A stretch of DNA of 64,000 nucleotides from an uncultured Chlorobiaceae bacterium. GTDB lineage: Bacteria; Bacteroidota; Chlorobiia; Chlorobiales; Chlorobiaceae. Under the pieces are notes generated by a model that had not been told where the DNA came from, ran no database searches, and worked only from the letters and a program-made list of their open reading frames with translations. The DNA lies in NCBI GenBank assembly GCA_903851385.1, contig CAINOC010000036.1, positions 13,273 through 77,272 on the forward strand. The letters are read 5' to 3'. Shown one piece after another: positions 27,774 to 38,461 of the stretch. A program made the translations under genes and the position numbers. Each line of letters opens with the position of its first letter. Position 1 is the first letter of the stretch.

Positions 27774-29059
27774 TGAGACCTAATCGTTTTACAAGACGCT
27801 CGTCTGTTCCACCTATTTCTGATAGGGACACTATGCACAGAAGACTATATATCAGTAAAAAGCGTTCTTTTCAGCAAAATATTTTTGCGGCTTTGGTTTG
27901 GCCATTTCTTTTTGCTGCTGAGGACGTGTTCACCTTCCCGAAGCGGCGAGCCTTTATGGGTTTTGTTATATTTTCTGCTTTTGCAGGATTGACTTTAATT
28001 CCAGGATCTGGTAGTGATGCATACACCGTTGCGAGCCAGATTTACTACGGACCTGTCGTCACTAAGGAGCCGATAATTGCATTTTTGGTACATATGGCAA
28101 GTTTTTCAGGTTTTGGGTTTCACTTCTACTTTATGCTCTTGGGCCTGATCTATGCATCAGTCTTATATTGGTCTGCCCGTCTTTTTTTTTACAATCTGCC
28201 GGTGAATAAAACGTACAGCACTGCTGCCTTGGTGTTTATGCTCGCATTTTTTCTCAATCACCCTGTTTTTGATGCATTAAATGCAAGGTATCAGTTGGGT
28301 ATATGGGTCATGCTTTTGTCTACATTTTTGATGCTTGACGGGCGATGGCAACTATCTCTCTGTATTGCTGTATTGGGAATAATGATTCACTTTGGTCATT
28401 CGCTATTCTCACTTGCCTTAGTGCTGCTTCTTTTAAGTCGAAGACTTGGGAGAGGGCAGATTATATTTGCTTATGTACTGCTTTTAGTAGCATTTTTCAT
28501 GCCTTCATCGTTGACGCTATCTTTCTCTGATAGTATTGCTCAAAAATTGGGTGGTTCTTTTTCCGAGAAAGTCTCAAATACTGTTAAACTTGCCGAACAT
28601 AATCAATTATTAAGTACGGGTGATAGTTCGGGGGGGTATGATTCATGGTTCCTCGAATGGTTTACAACTCCAATATTTTATTCCCTTTTCATCTCGGGCC
28701 ATCTGTTATGGTGGAAGATTCGAAAATATCCCAAAGATCCACAATTTCAGTTGTGGATTCTTATCATTCTTATGTGGGCATTACAATTTGCTATGAGAGG
28801 GGAGCCTGAGGGAGCCGGTAGAGTAGAACGTAATATTTTGGCTCTTCTCCTTATGTGGCATGCTCGTTGGTTCGTCTATCGAAGATCAGGTGAGTTTGTT
28901 GCGCTTTTAATTAATATCGCTCCAATGATTTTTTATTTTATTGTTGCATATCGCAGGTCGGTTAATGATGCCCGTATAGGTGCATTTTTGCCCTCATTTT
29001 ATAGTTATTTCACTATTGCAATGCCAACTGTTGAGGATGTCTTTTCATGGTTTCATTGA
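27773..29059 (+). CDS. wzy: Wzy/EpsG-like polysaccharide polymerase
   Basis: About 10 predicted TM segments; SD-Y loop, R-Q and HF motifs; start could be ATG 27833. Confidence 0.65.
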   Translation: MRPNRFTRRSSVPPISDRDTMHRRLYISKKRSFQQNIFAALVWPFLFAAEDVFTFPKRRAFMGFVIFSAFAGLTLIPGSGSDAYTVASQIYYGPVVTKEPIIAFLVHMASFSGFGFHFYFMLLGLIYASVLYWSARLFFYNLPVNKTYSTAALVFMLAFFLNHPVFDALNARYQLGIWVMLLSTFLMLDGRWQLSLCIAVLGIMIHFGHSLFSLALVLLLLSRRLGRGQIIFAYVLLLVAFFMPSSLTLSFSDSIAQKLGGSFSEKVSNTVKLAEHNQLLSTGDSSGGYDSWFLEWFTTPIFYSLFISGHLLWWKIRKYPKDPQFQLWILIILMWALQFAMRGEPEGAGRVERNILALLLMWHARWFVYRRSGEFVALLINIAPMIFYFIVAYRRSVNDARIGAFLPSFYSYFTIAMPTVEDVFSWFH

Positions 29060-29104
29060 TGGTTGATTATTTACTATTGGCAATACCTGTCAAAACACAC
29101 ACAG

Positions 29105-30220
29105 ATGAGTTTGTTTAACAAGCTCCGTATCTTCGCTCGTAACGCTATAGGGTATTCAACAAAACGAAAAATTATAGTTATTGAATCCGATGATTGGGGA
29201 GCTATAAGAATGCCATCAAGGCAGGCTTTTGAATCAATAAATAAAAAAGGGCTTGACTCATCGGGAGATTCTTTTCGTTATAACAAGTATGATACTCTGG
29301 CTGATAAAAATGATTTAACGCAACTGCTTGAAACGTTATTCTCATTTCGAGATAAACAAGGGAATCATCCAGTCATTACCGCTCTTACTATTGTTGCTAA
29401 TCCTGACTTTGATAAGATTCGTGACAGTGAATTTAACGAATACTATTATGAACCCTTTACAACGACCTTGGAACGTTACTACGGCTCCGATACCCCATTT
29501 CCTTTGTGGATAGAAGGATTTCAAAACAAGGTATTTCTTCCTCAGTTTCATGGCCGCGAACACTTGAATGTAGCGGTTTGGATGAAGGCTCTGAAGCGGA
29601 ATGACATTGAAGCACGTTTTGCCTTTGATCACGAGTTATGGGGTTTTAACAATCAGCATCCCTTAGGTATTACGTTTCAGTCAGCTTTTGAACTGGAATC
29701 TTTGGATCAACTTTCACTTCAAGCTCAAATTCTACAGGATGGGTTAAGGCTTTTTGAACAATTGTTTGGTTACCGTGCATCATATTTGGTTACACCGAAT
29801 AGTCCGTTTAATAAACAACTTGAAGCTGTTGTTGCTAATGAAGGAATACGCTTTATATTTGCCTCGAAAATACAGAATGAACCAATTGGCCCAGGGATAA
29901 CCAGAAAATGCTTTCATTATCCGGGTCAACAAAACCTGTATGGACAATATTATCTATCACGTAACTGTTTTTTTGAACAAAGCGAACCCGGAAAAGATTG
30001 GGTTGACAGTTGCCTGAATGAGATAAGTATGGCGTTTTGTTTCCACAAGCCAGCGGTTATTAGTTCACATCGTGTTAATTACATTGGTGCTCTTGATCCG
30101 TCAAATAGAAAACAAGGTTTGCTTCAGCTTAGAGAGCTCTTAACTAACATTCTTAAAATTTGGCCTGATGTTGAATTTATGAGTTCTGCTGATCTTGGCG
30201 AATTGATTGCTCAGTCATAA
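29105..30220 (+). CDS. Polysaccharide deacetylase-like protein (paralog 1)
   Basis: IESDDWG, QFHGREHLN, ISSHRVNY (NodB-like Asp-Asp/His motifs). Confidence 0.65.
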   Translation: MSLFNKLRIFARNAIGYSTKRKIIVIESDDWGAIRMPSRQAFESINKKGLDSSGDSFRYNKYDTLADKNDLTQLLETLFSFRDKQGNHPVITALTIVANPDFDKIRDSEFNEYYYEPFTTTLERYYGSDTPFPLWIEGFQNKVFLPQFHGREHLNVAVWMKALKRNDIEARFAFDHELWGFNNQHPLGITFQSAFELESLDQLSLQAQILQDGLRLFEQLFGYRASYLVTPNSPFNKQLEAVVANEGIRFIFASKIQNEPIGPGITRKCFHYPGQQNLYGQYYLSRNCFFEQSEPGKDWVDSCLNEISMAFCFHKPAVISSHRVNYIGALDPSNRKQGLLQLRELLTNILKIWPDVEFMSSADLGELIAQS

Positions 30221-31356
30221 TGAGTGTAAGCACCATTAGGTCAGGCATTACCCGCAATCTTATCAATATTCCAGGTTGGCGGTCTAATAGGAAAATTGTA
30301 GTTATCGAGTCAGATGACTGGGGTAGTGTCCGAATGGACTCAATAGATGCTTATGATTATTTCCTCACAAAAGGTTTGCCTGTAGATAACTGTCCATATA
30401 ACAGTTACGATGCTCTTGAGTGCAACGAAGATCTTAAGCGGTTGTTCGAAGTGCTTGGATCTGTCATAGATTGTAACGGTAATCCTGCAGTGCTGACAGC
30501 TAACGCTGTAATGGCAAATCCTGATTTTGAAAAGATTCGCGAGAGTGGATTTCAGAAATACTACTATGAGCCGTTTACCAAAACACTTGAACGTTATCCT
30601 GCTCATGATCAGGTTTATAGCCTGTATCAGAAAGGGATAAAAGAAAATCTTTTCAAACCGCAATTTCATGGACGAGAGCATCTGAATGTTACGCGTTGGA
30701 TGCGAGCATTGCTTGGTGGTGATGGCTATGCTTTTATGGCTTTTAAATGGAACATGTTCAGTTTGTACACTGGTGTTAATTCGAGTTGTCGCAGTGAATA
30801 TCTGGATGCATTTGCTATGGAAAGTCTTGAAGATCAGCTCCAGTTAAGAGCAATAATCGCTTCAGGGTTACAGCTTTTTCATCAGTTAATGGGCTATCAT
30901 TCGCGGACCTGTATTGCTCCTTGTTACACATGGAATTCTGATGTTGAAGAGGTTCTCTCTGTCAATGGAGTAACAGCATTACAAGGGATGATAATACAGT
31001 GGGTGCCGGTCTATGGAGCTGAGGGCTTACACCAAAAAAAATATCATTATACTGGTCAACGAAACCAACAGACACAGTGCTATCTTGTTAGAAATTGCTT
31101 TTTCGAACCAACACTAACAAATGGAACGGATCCTGTGCCTGATTGCCTTGCTCGAATCCAGACTGCATTCTATTGGCATAGGCCCGCCATCATCTCTTCT
31201 CACCGCCTGAATTATATGGGTTTTTTAAATTCATCCAACAGAGACAAAAACCTGAATCATCTTAAAAAATTGTTGCTTGCTATTAAAAAGTACTGGCCTG
31301 ATGTGGAGTTTTTCTCGTCTGATCAGTTAGGTGATCTGGTTACAGGTGTTGAATAA
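30220..31356 (+). CDS. Polysaccharide deacetylase-like protein (paralog 2)
   Basis: Same motifs as paralog 1: IESDDWG, QFHGREHLN, ISSHRLNY, WPDVEF. Confidence 0.65.
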   Translation: MSVSTIRSGITRNLINIPGWRSNRKIVVIESDDWGSVRMDSIDAYDYFLTKGLPVDNCPYNSYDALECNEDLKRLFEVLGSVIDCNGNPAVLTANAVMANPDFEKIRESGFQKYYYEPFTKTLERYPAHDQVYSLYQKGIKENLFKPQFHGREHLNVTRWMRALLGGDGYAFMAFKWNMFSLYTGVNSSCRSEYLDAFAMESLEDQLQLRAIIASGLQLFHQLMGYHSRTCIAPCYTWNSDVEEVLSVNGVTALQGMIIQWVPVYGAEGLHQKKYHYTGQRNQQTQCYLVRNCFFEPTLTNGTDPVPDCLARIQTAFYWHRPAIISSHRLNYMGFLNSSNRDKNLNHLKKLLLAIKKYWPDVEFFSSDQLGDLVTGVE

Positions 31357-31362
31357 GCTGTT

Positions 31363-33267
31363 ATGTGCGGAATAGCAGGCTATTTTTATCTATCAGGAAA
31401 GCATATTGAGGACTCATCCACAATTTTGCGAATGCTGCAACTCCAGAAACATCGTGGCCCAGACGATTCAGGTGTGCGTGCGTTTAATATTCGAGATGCT
31501 CGATCACAAGAACTTTCAGCAATTGAAACGGTCAGCCTCAGCGAGAGGTTTAATGGGGTACTCGGTTTTAACCGGCTAAGTATTCTTGACCTCTCCCAAA
31601 ATGGCCATCAGCCGATGTGTAGTAGAGATGGTCTGGTTATTCTTGTTTTTAATGGTGAGATATATAATGCCTTCGATTTTAAGGATGAGTTGATTGCAGA
31701 TGGAGTAAGATTGAAAAGTACAACAGATACTGAAATCATTCTTAACCTCTATCTCAAATATGGCTTTGACAGCATGGTCAGTCGGTTGAACGGAATGTTT
31801 GCTCTTGTTATTGTCGATCTACGCGAAAGCAAAATTTTTATCACGCGTGACCGTTTTGGCATTAAACCGATGTATTATTATAGTCAGAACGATTGCTTTG
31901 CCTTTTCATCAGAACAAAAAAGTTTTTTTGCGCTAAAAGAATTCAATGCAGAACTGAATACCTCTCTGCTTGATGAGTACCTGTTGTTCCGCACTACGGA
32001 AAGCAATACGTTACTCAAATATGTTACCCCACTTGAACCTGGTACTTATACCATTTATTCCCCTGAAAAGGGATTTTCAACGGTAAGGTATTTTGATGTA
32101 AATGATTATCAGCGTCATGCAAATTCTCGTATAACGCTTCAATTATCAAAAGAAAACTTAAAAAGTACATTTCGTGCCAGCGTACAACGGCAGATGCTCA
32201 GCGACGTTAAGCTTGGATGCCAGTTGTCAGGTGGGATTGATTCTTCGCTTGTAACATGGCAGGCAAAAGAATGCATGAAAGATGATTTACTTGAAAGTGT
32301 TTCAATTATTTTTGAAGACAAGCGTTTTAGCGAAGAGATCTATATTGACCAAGTCGCTTCTCGAAACAGCATTAAAGCTCACAAGTTTCTGCTTGACGGA
32401 GGTTCTTATATTGAGGCATTTAATAATGCTGCATGGCATTATGAAGCCCCTTTAAATCACCCGAATACACTTGGCATTTACCTTCTTTCAAAAAAATCAA
32501 AAGAATATGTAACTGTTCTTTTGAGTGGGGAAGGAGCTGATGAGGTATTTGGGGGGTACGAAAGGTTTGCCAGCCTTAACAATCCTTTTGCACTTCGCAC
32601 TATGATGTCTGGATTGAAGCGAAACAGGCATAGTCCTCTCTCTTTTTTAACGAACTATACTGATCCAGCGTATCGTGCAGTGATGGCTTCAGCATTTATA
32701 ACTACGCATATGGCCAAAGTACTTCGGCCTGATTATACTATGCAAAGTGGTATTGAAAAAAGAGTAGCACTCTACAAAAGTTTATCAGGTTCATTGTTTG
32801 ATCGTCAGGTTAAATATGAAATGAAAACATATCTTCCAGATTTGCTGACTCGGCAGGATACAATGTCAATGGCTCATTCTATTGAAAATAGAGTTCCATT
32901 TCTCGATAATTTGCTAGTTGATTATGCGTTTTCCATTCCAGAAAAACATTTGCTTGGTGATCAACAGTCTGTTATTGAAACAAAATATCTTTTGAAAGTC
33001 TTTACAGCTGATATTTTTGGAAAGGAATTTGCATTCCGAAAAAAAATGGGTTTTGGCATACCTTTGCGATCGTTCCTGAGTGATCAAAAATTTAAGGTAT
33101 GGCTTTACGATGAAATTTTACCAGGGATCAGACAACGAGGGCTTCTTGAGGTCAAGTCAGTAAGGGAATGGGTAAAGAATCTTAATTCGATAAGTGGAAT
33201 TGAGTTAGAGGCACTATGGATTGCACTCTCCTTGGAAGTATGGATGCAAAAGTTTAAGATACAATGA
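31363..33267 (+). CDS. asnB: Asparagine synthase-like glutamine-dependent amidotransferase
   Basis: N-terminal CGIAG, HRGPDD, FNGEIYN, RDRFGIKP, LSGGIDSS, LSGEGADE.FGGY, RVPFLD. Confidence 0.92.
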   Translation: MCGIAGYFYLSGKHIEDSSTILRMLQLQKHRGPDDSGVRAFNIRDARSQELSAIETVSLSERFNGVLGFNRLSILDLSQNGHQPMCSRDGLVILVFNGEIYNAFDFKDELIADGVRLKSTTDTEIILNLYLKYGFDSMVSRLNGMFALVIVDLRESKIFITRDRFGIKPMYYYSQNDCFAFSSEQKSFFALKEFNAELNTSLLDEYLLFRTTESNTLLKYVTPLEPGTYTIYSPEKGFSTVRYFDVNDYQRHANSRITLQLSKENLKSTFRASVQRQMLSDVKLGCQLSGGIDSSLVTWQAKECMKDDLLESVSIIFEDKRFSEEIYIDQVASRNSIKAHKFLLDGGSYIEAFNNAAWHYEAPLNHPNTLGIYLLSKKSKEYVTVLLSGEGADEVFGGYERFASLNNPFALRTMMSGLKRNRHSPLSFLTNYTDPAYRAVMASAFITTHMAKVLRPDYTMQSGIEKRVALYKSLSGSLFDRQVKYEMKTYLPDLLTRQDTMSMAHSIENRVPFLDNLLVDYAFSIPEKHLLGDQQSVIETKYLLKVFTADIFGKEFAFRKKMGFGIPLRSFLSDQKFKVWLYDEILPGIRQRGLLEVKSVREWVKNLNSISGIELEALWIALSLEVWMQKFKIQ

Positions 33268-34274
33268 TCGCAATACATCATGCCAACTCAAGCTTTAGTG
33301 ACCGCTGGATAGCATATTGTGATGCCAATCACATAGCATATAAAATTGTTGACTGTTACCGATCAGATATTATACATGAGCTTGATGACTGCGATGCTCT
33401 CATGTGGCATATTAGTCATCAAAATCCAAAAGATATTTTATTTGCTAAGCAACTCATGTACTCAGTTCAGGCTGCGGGGAAAAAAGTTTTCCCGGATTTT
33501 AATACGATATGGCATTTTGATGATAAGGTAGGGCAGAAATACCTACTTGAAGCAATTAAGGGGCCGTTAGTTCCAACATGGGTCTTTTATACTAAAAAAG
33601 AGGCATTGGCATGGGCAAAAACAGCAAGTTTTCCAAAAGTTTTCAAGTTGCGTGGTGGTGCTGGGTCGGCAAATGTCAGGCTTGCTAAAACAAAGTCTGA
33701 GGCTCAGCATTTGATTAATAAGGCGTTTTGGAATGGGTTTAGTCAATACGATGCTGTTGGAAATTTAAAAGAAAGGATGAGAAAATATCAATTAGGCAAA
33801 ACTGAATTATTTGATGTTTTGAAAGGTTTTATACGGATTCTATATCCTACAAGACATGCGTATATTGCAGGGCGCGATCGAGGATATATATATTTCCAGG
33901 AGTTTATTCATGAAAACAATTATGATATCAGAGTAATTGTGATTGGTGATAAAGCGTTTGCAATTAAGCGTATGGTAAGAGATAATGATTTTCGTGCTTC
34001 AGGAAGTGGAGATATCAAGTATGAAAAAAATAATTTTGACGACGCAACAATTCAGTTATCTTTTGAATTGTCTGATAGACTGCAATCAGAATGTGTAGCG
34101 TTTGATTATATATATCAGAACAAGAAGGCATTACTAGTTGAAATCAGTTATGGATTTGTAAAGGAAGTATATGATCCATGTGTGGGATATTGGGATAAAA
34201 AAATGAACTGGTACCAAGGCCCATTTAACCCCTATGGTTGGATGGTAGAAGCCGTACAGGGTATGCTTGGATAA
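33264..34274 (+). CDS. ATP-grasp (RimK-like) ligase
   Basis: FDDKVGQKYL, VFKLRGGAGS.NV, YFQEFI, DIRVIVIG, DFRASG, EISY. Confidence 0.8.
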   Translation: MIAIHHANSSFSDRWIAYCDANHIAYKIVDCYRSDIIHELDDCDALMWHISHQNPKDILFAKQLMYSVQAAGKKVFPDFNTIWHFDDKVGQKYLLEAIKGPLVPTWVFYTKKEALAWAKTASFPKVFKLRGGAGSANVRLAKTKSEAQHLINKAFWNGFSQYDAVGNLKERMRKYQLGKTELFDVLKGFIRILYPTRHAYIAGRDRGYIYFQEFIHENNYDIRVIVIGDKAFAIKRMVRDNDFRASGSGDIKYEKNNFDDATIQLSFELSDRLQSECVAFDYIYQNKKALLVEISYGFVKEVYDPCVGYWDKKMNWYQGPFNPYGWMVEAVQGMLG

Positions 34275-34351
34275 TATAAATGATGATTAATCGGAATCAT
34301 AAATAAATTGCAAAAGGAATTTTTATTGTTTAATACAATGATAAAATAAGT

Positions 34352-35377
34352 ATGGCTAAAATATTTATTGATCCACGAGCTAGATTAGTGTATGCATCAT
34401 TCTATCTAAAAGGTTTGTTTGAAATTTATGGAGAAAAAAATGTAAAATATTCGATGAAATATTTTAAGGATTTAAAACAAAATGGAAACTCATTCGCATT
34501 TGATCAATATTTTGCATTTATCGTATATGAAAATAATAAGTTATATAAAATAATTGTAGATTACCGAGATAAAATCGAGATAAATAAAGAGGCTTATGAT
34601 TGGTGTGATTCTTATGGTAAAGTAAATTACAATATAATTGCTATTGATAAAAATGATAAAAAAATTATTCCAATCGGTCCGGGTTTTGGTATTAAAATTT
34701 ATGGCGTAAGTAAGACGATATATTATTGTATATCCAATTATATTAAATGTTTCTTATACTTACATGTATCTGCAAGAGTTTTTTTATCAGGCTACATTTG
34801 GCAATTAAAGCGATTACCATATAGTTTATATAAGCCGGTATCTGGAGATAAAAATTATTTGTTTTTTGTTTCAAGTTTATGGGATCATGCTAATTGCATC
34901 GAAAAAACAAATTTATTCAGAGCAACTTATATTCGATATTGTAAAAGTATTGGCATAAAGTTTGAAGGTGGAATATTTGCTAAACCATATCAAGTTGAAT
35001 ATAGTAAATATAGCGACATAGTTTATTCTAAATACATAATGTTGGTTGAGTATATAAAAAAAGTAAAAGTTTCGACTCTATCTTTTAATACACCATCAGT
35101 ATGGGATTGTCATGGATGGAAGCTTGGTGAATTTTTAGCTTTAGGGAAAGCAATAATATCTACACCATTATCAAATGAAATGCCAGTTCCTATGACTCAT
35201 GGCATGAATATTCATTTTGTTTATGACGAAGACGATCTTAAAAAGGGTATACATAAGATTTTAAATAATGATGCTTATAGACAGAAATTAGAGAATGGTG
35301 CTTATGACTATTATAATCACCATATAAAGCCAGAAATAGTTATTAAAAATTTATTATCCAACGTTGCTGTTGTTTAA
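34352..35377 (+). CDS. AT-rich hypothetical protein, probable glycosyltransferase
   Basis: C-terminal HGWKLGEFLALGKAIIS resembles the GT-B nucleotide-binding helix. Confidence 0.5.
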   Translation: MAKIFIDPRARLVYASFYLKGLFEIYGEKNVKYSMKYFKDLKQNGNSFAFDQYFAFIVYENNKLYKIIVDYRDKIEINKEAYDWCDSYGKVNYNIIAIDKNDKKIIPIGPGFGIKIYGVSKTIYYCISNYIKCFLYLHVSARVFLSGYIWQLKRLPYSLYKPVSGDKNYLFFVSSLWDHANCIEKTNLFRATYIRYCKSIGIKFEGGIFAKPYQVEYSKYSDIVYSKYIMLVEYIKKVKVSTLSFNTPSVWDCHGWKLGEFLALGKAIISTPLSNEMPVPMTHGMNIHFVYDEDDLKKGIHKILNNDAYRQKLENGAYDYYNHHIKPEIVIKNLLSNVAVV

Positions 35378-35488
35378 AAAACAAATTAGAATCAACTAAC
35401 AAGTATGATAGTTGACGGTATAAATTGCTTTTATTAAGGAAGGTTTCAGGAAAATATATCGCATAGCGATTTAAATAATAACATATGT

Positions 35489-36568
35489 ATGATTAAACAA
35501 CTTGTTATTGTCATTCCATCGCTTGGAATAGGAGGAATGGAGCGAGTCATGTCAGAACTTGTTAATCATTTTTCTCTTAAATCTGATTTGAAAGTACATC
35601 TTGTGTTGTACGGAATAAATCGTGATATCTTATATGATCTCCCTGAAAATATTGTAATTCATATACCTCTCTTTAAATTCAATAATAACTTTAGAATTTG
35701 GAATACATTAAAGACTCTTTGTTTTCTCCGAAGTCAAATCCAGTCACTAAAACCTGATAAAATATTAAGTTTTGGTGAATATTGGAATAGTTTTGTGTTG
35801 TTGGCTCTTTATGGGATGAAATATCCAGTATTTATTTCAGATAGATGTCAGCCTAATAAGCGTTTTGGACTCTTACATGATAGACTCCGAAAATGGCTTT
35901 ACCCCTGTGCGAAAGGGATTATTACCCAGACCAGTCAGGCCGAAGTAATTTACAGATTACTTTTTAAGAAATCTATTATAAAAACCATTGGAAATCCGAT
36001 TCATTTCGTTAACACCAACGAGGTTATAGAAAAAGAAAATATTGTACTTACAGTTGGACGGCTTATAGATACTAAGCACCATGATGAGCTTATAAAGCTT
36101 TTTACAAGGATTAACAAGCCAGGCTGGAAATTGGTAATTGTTGGTGGAGACGCTTTAAAACAAAAGGGGTTTATTCGTCTTCAAGAACTTATTAATGAGC
36201 TTGATGTAAGTGATAGAATTATTCTTGCTGGTATCTGCAAAAATGTTGAAAAATATTATCTTCAAAGCAAAATATTCGCATTTACATCAAGTTCCGAGGG
36301 TTTTCCAAATGTTATTGGAGAGGCAATGTCTGCTGGTTTGCCTGTCGTTGCGTTTGATTGCATAGCTGGACCATCTGATATGATTACTGATGGGGTTGAT
36401 GGTTTTCTCGTTCCATTATTTAATTATGATCTTTTTAGCGACAAGCTGTTGATGTTGATAGAAAGGGAAGATATTCGAATAGAGTATGGTACAAAAGCAC
36501 AATCTAGCATCATGAAATATAATATGCGATATATAGGAGATGAGTATTATAAATTTATTTTTTCATAA
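35489..36568 (+). CDS. GT4 glycosyltransferase
   Basis: SLGIGGMER, IGNP, VGRLIDTK, EGFPNVIGEAMSAG.PVV. Confidence 0.9.
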   Translation: MIKQLVIVIPSLGIGGMERVMSELVNHFSLKSDLKVHLVLYGINRDILYDLPENIVIHIPLFKFNNNFRIWNTLKTLCFLRSQIQSLKPDKILSFGEYWNSFVLLALYGMKYPVFISDRCQPNKRFGLLHDRLRKWLYPCAKGIITQTSQAEVIYRLLFKKSIIKTIGNPIHFVNTNEVIEKENIVLTVGRLIDTKHHDELIKLFTRINKPGWKLVIVGGDALKQKGFIRLQELINELDVSDRIILAGICKNVEKYYLQSKIFAFTSSSEGFPNVIGEAMSAGLPVVAFDCIAGPSDMITDGVDGFLVPLFNYDLFSDKLLMLIEREDIRIEYGTKAQSSIMKYNMRYIGDEYYKFIFS

Positions 36569-36595
36569 ATAAAAAAAATGGCTGTTCTTTAGTTT

Positions 36596-37738
36596 ATGAA
36601 GTTACTTATTAACGCGTCTAATATTTATGCAACAGGTGCAACACAAGTTACAATTTCCTTTTTACATGAGATTATCAGCATTCCTTCCAATAAATATTAT
36701 ATTCTTCTAAGTAAGAAAATAGCTGGTGAAATTGAAAATATTCAATTCCCTGAAAACTTTTATTTTTTTGAAGTTCCATACCATCCAATGAGTTCTGGAT
36801 TTATACGCTCTGCTAAAACGAGAAAATTGCTAAAAAAATTTGAAGTTGAAATAAACCCTGATGTTGTATTTACAATATTTGGGCCGTCATACTGGAAGCC
36901 TAAAGTTCCGCATTTACAAGGATTTGCATATGCACATTATATTTATCGTGACTCTCCTTATTGGGAAACTATTAATAAATGGCAATTACTTAAAGTAATA
37001 TTATTACGTTTCATACATTTGAGATATTTTAAAAATACTGGAAAGTATTATGTTTGTGAAACTCAAGATGTATCTGATAGAGTTGTTTCTCTACTAAAAA
37101 TATCGCCCAAAAATGTTTACACTGTAAATAATAATTATAGTTCTGCATTTTATAATTTTACCACTAACATATCCCTCAATTTATTAAAGAAAAAAGAGCA
37201 TAACGAATATCGCTTATTATCACCGTGCTCTTTTATGACGCACAAAAACTTAAAAATAATTAACAAAGTAGTCGGCGTTATAAAACAAAGACTACCTGAT
37301 TGGAATGTTATATTTGTCTTAACTATTGATAGTGATGCATTCGATATAAATTTTACTAAAGAAGCTAAAGAATCAATTATAAATATAGGAAGAATTCCTG
37401 TTAATCTTTGCCCCCAAATATATTCTGAATGCGATGCTTTGTTTTTGCCAACGTTATTGGAGTGTTTTTCTGCTAGCTATCCTGAAGCAATGTTCATGGA
37501 GAAGCCCATATTAACATCTAATTTATCTTTTGCAAGATCTATCTGTAAAGACGCCGCTTTATATTTTGATCCTTTAGATGTTGATGATATAGTTAATAAA
37601 ATAATAATATTAATAACTAATGAATCTAAAAAAAATGAACTAATAAAAAAAGGGCAAATTCAGTTAACTAATTTTGATAATGCTTCTCTCAGAGCATCTA
37701 AATACCTTAACATATGTAAACAAATATCAAGATTATGA
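36596..37738 (+). CDS. GT4-like glycosyltransferase
   Basis: HKNL, FLPTLLECFS..YPEAM, FDPLD. Confidence 0.85.
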   Translation: MKLLINASNIYATGATQVTISFLHEIISIPSNKYYILLSKKIAGEIENIQFPENFYFFEVPYHPMSSGFIRSAKTRKLLKKFEVEINPDVVFTIFGPSYWKPKVPHLQGFAYAHYIYRDSPYWETINKWQLLKVILLRFIHLRYFKNTGKYYVCETQDVSDRVVSLLKISPKNVYTVNNNYSSAFYNFTTNISLNLLKKKEHNEYRLLSPCSFMTHKNLKIINKVVGVIKQRLPDWNVIFVLTIDSDAFDINFTKEAKESIINIGRIPVNLCPQIYSECDALFLPTLLECFSASYPEAMFMEKPILTSNLSFARSICKDAALYFDPLDVDDIVNKIIILITNESKKNELIKKGQIQLTNFDNASLRASKYLNICKQISRL

Positions 37739-38397
37739 TTGATTCGCGTTACAGGCCTACAAAAATAGAATTATATGGATTTATTGGTGTTATAAAGATT
37801 GTATACTACTTAATTCTTACAAAAATTTTTTATCCTACAGCAAGGCTTATACGGTTTCCCTTCGATGTACGTGGAAAAAAATACATAAACTTTGGGTCAA
37901 ATATAACAATAGGTAAATATTGTAGAATTGAGGCATACCCCTATTTGCACAAAGGCTCAATCATTGAATTTGGTAAAAATGTTGAAATAAATGATTTCGT
38001 TCATATAGCAGGGCTTGTTAAAGTAAAGATCTGTGATAATGTCTTAATTGCAAGTAAAGTTTATATATCAGATCTAAACCATGGTTTGTTTGATGGAGGT
38101 CAGACTGATACTTTCCCTGAAGAAATTTCTGGTAATCGACCAGTTTATGGTAAAGAAATTATTATACATGATAATGTTTGGATCTGCGAATCTGTATCAG
38201 TATTGCCAGGCGTAACAATTGGCAGGTGTTCCGTAATTGGTGCAAATTCAGTAGTTACAAAAGATATACCATCATATACAATTGCTGTAGGTGTTCCAGC
38301 TAAACCAATAAAAAAGTTTAATTTTGATCTAAATAAATGGGAAGCAATTATAATTTATTTTCTTTTTGTAGGTTTCAATTTATTTAAAAGTATATAA
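37735..38397 (+). CDS. Hexapeptide-repeat (LbH) O-acetyltransferase
   Basis: SDLNHG, IHDNVWI, LPGVTIG..SVIGANSVV, VGVPAK. Confidence 0.88.
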   Translation: MIDSRYRPTKIELYGFIGVIKIVYYLILTKIFYPTARLIRFPFDVRGKKYINFGSNITIGKYCRIEAYPYLHKGSIIEFGKNVEINDFVHIAGLVKVKICDNVLIASKVYISDLNHGLFDGGQTDTFPEEISGNRPVYGKEIIIHDNVWICESVSVLPGVTIGRCSVIGANSVVTKDIPSYTIAVGVPAKPIKKFNFDLNKWEAIIIYFLFVGFNLFKSI

Positions 38398-38461
38398 ATT
38401 TTAATTATATGACAAATAAATAATATTTTTTACTTTTTTTGGAGTTTATTAAAAAATAATT

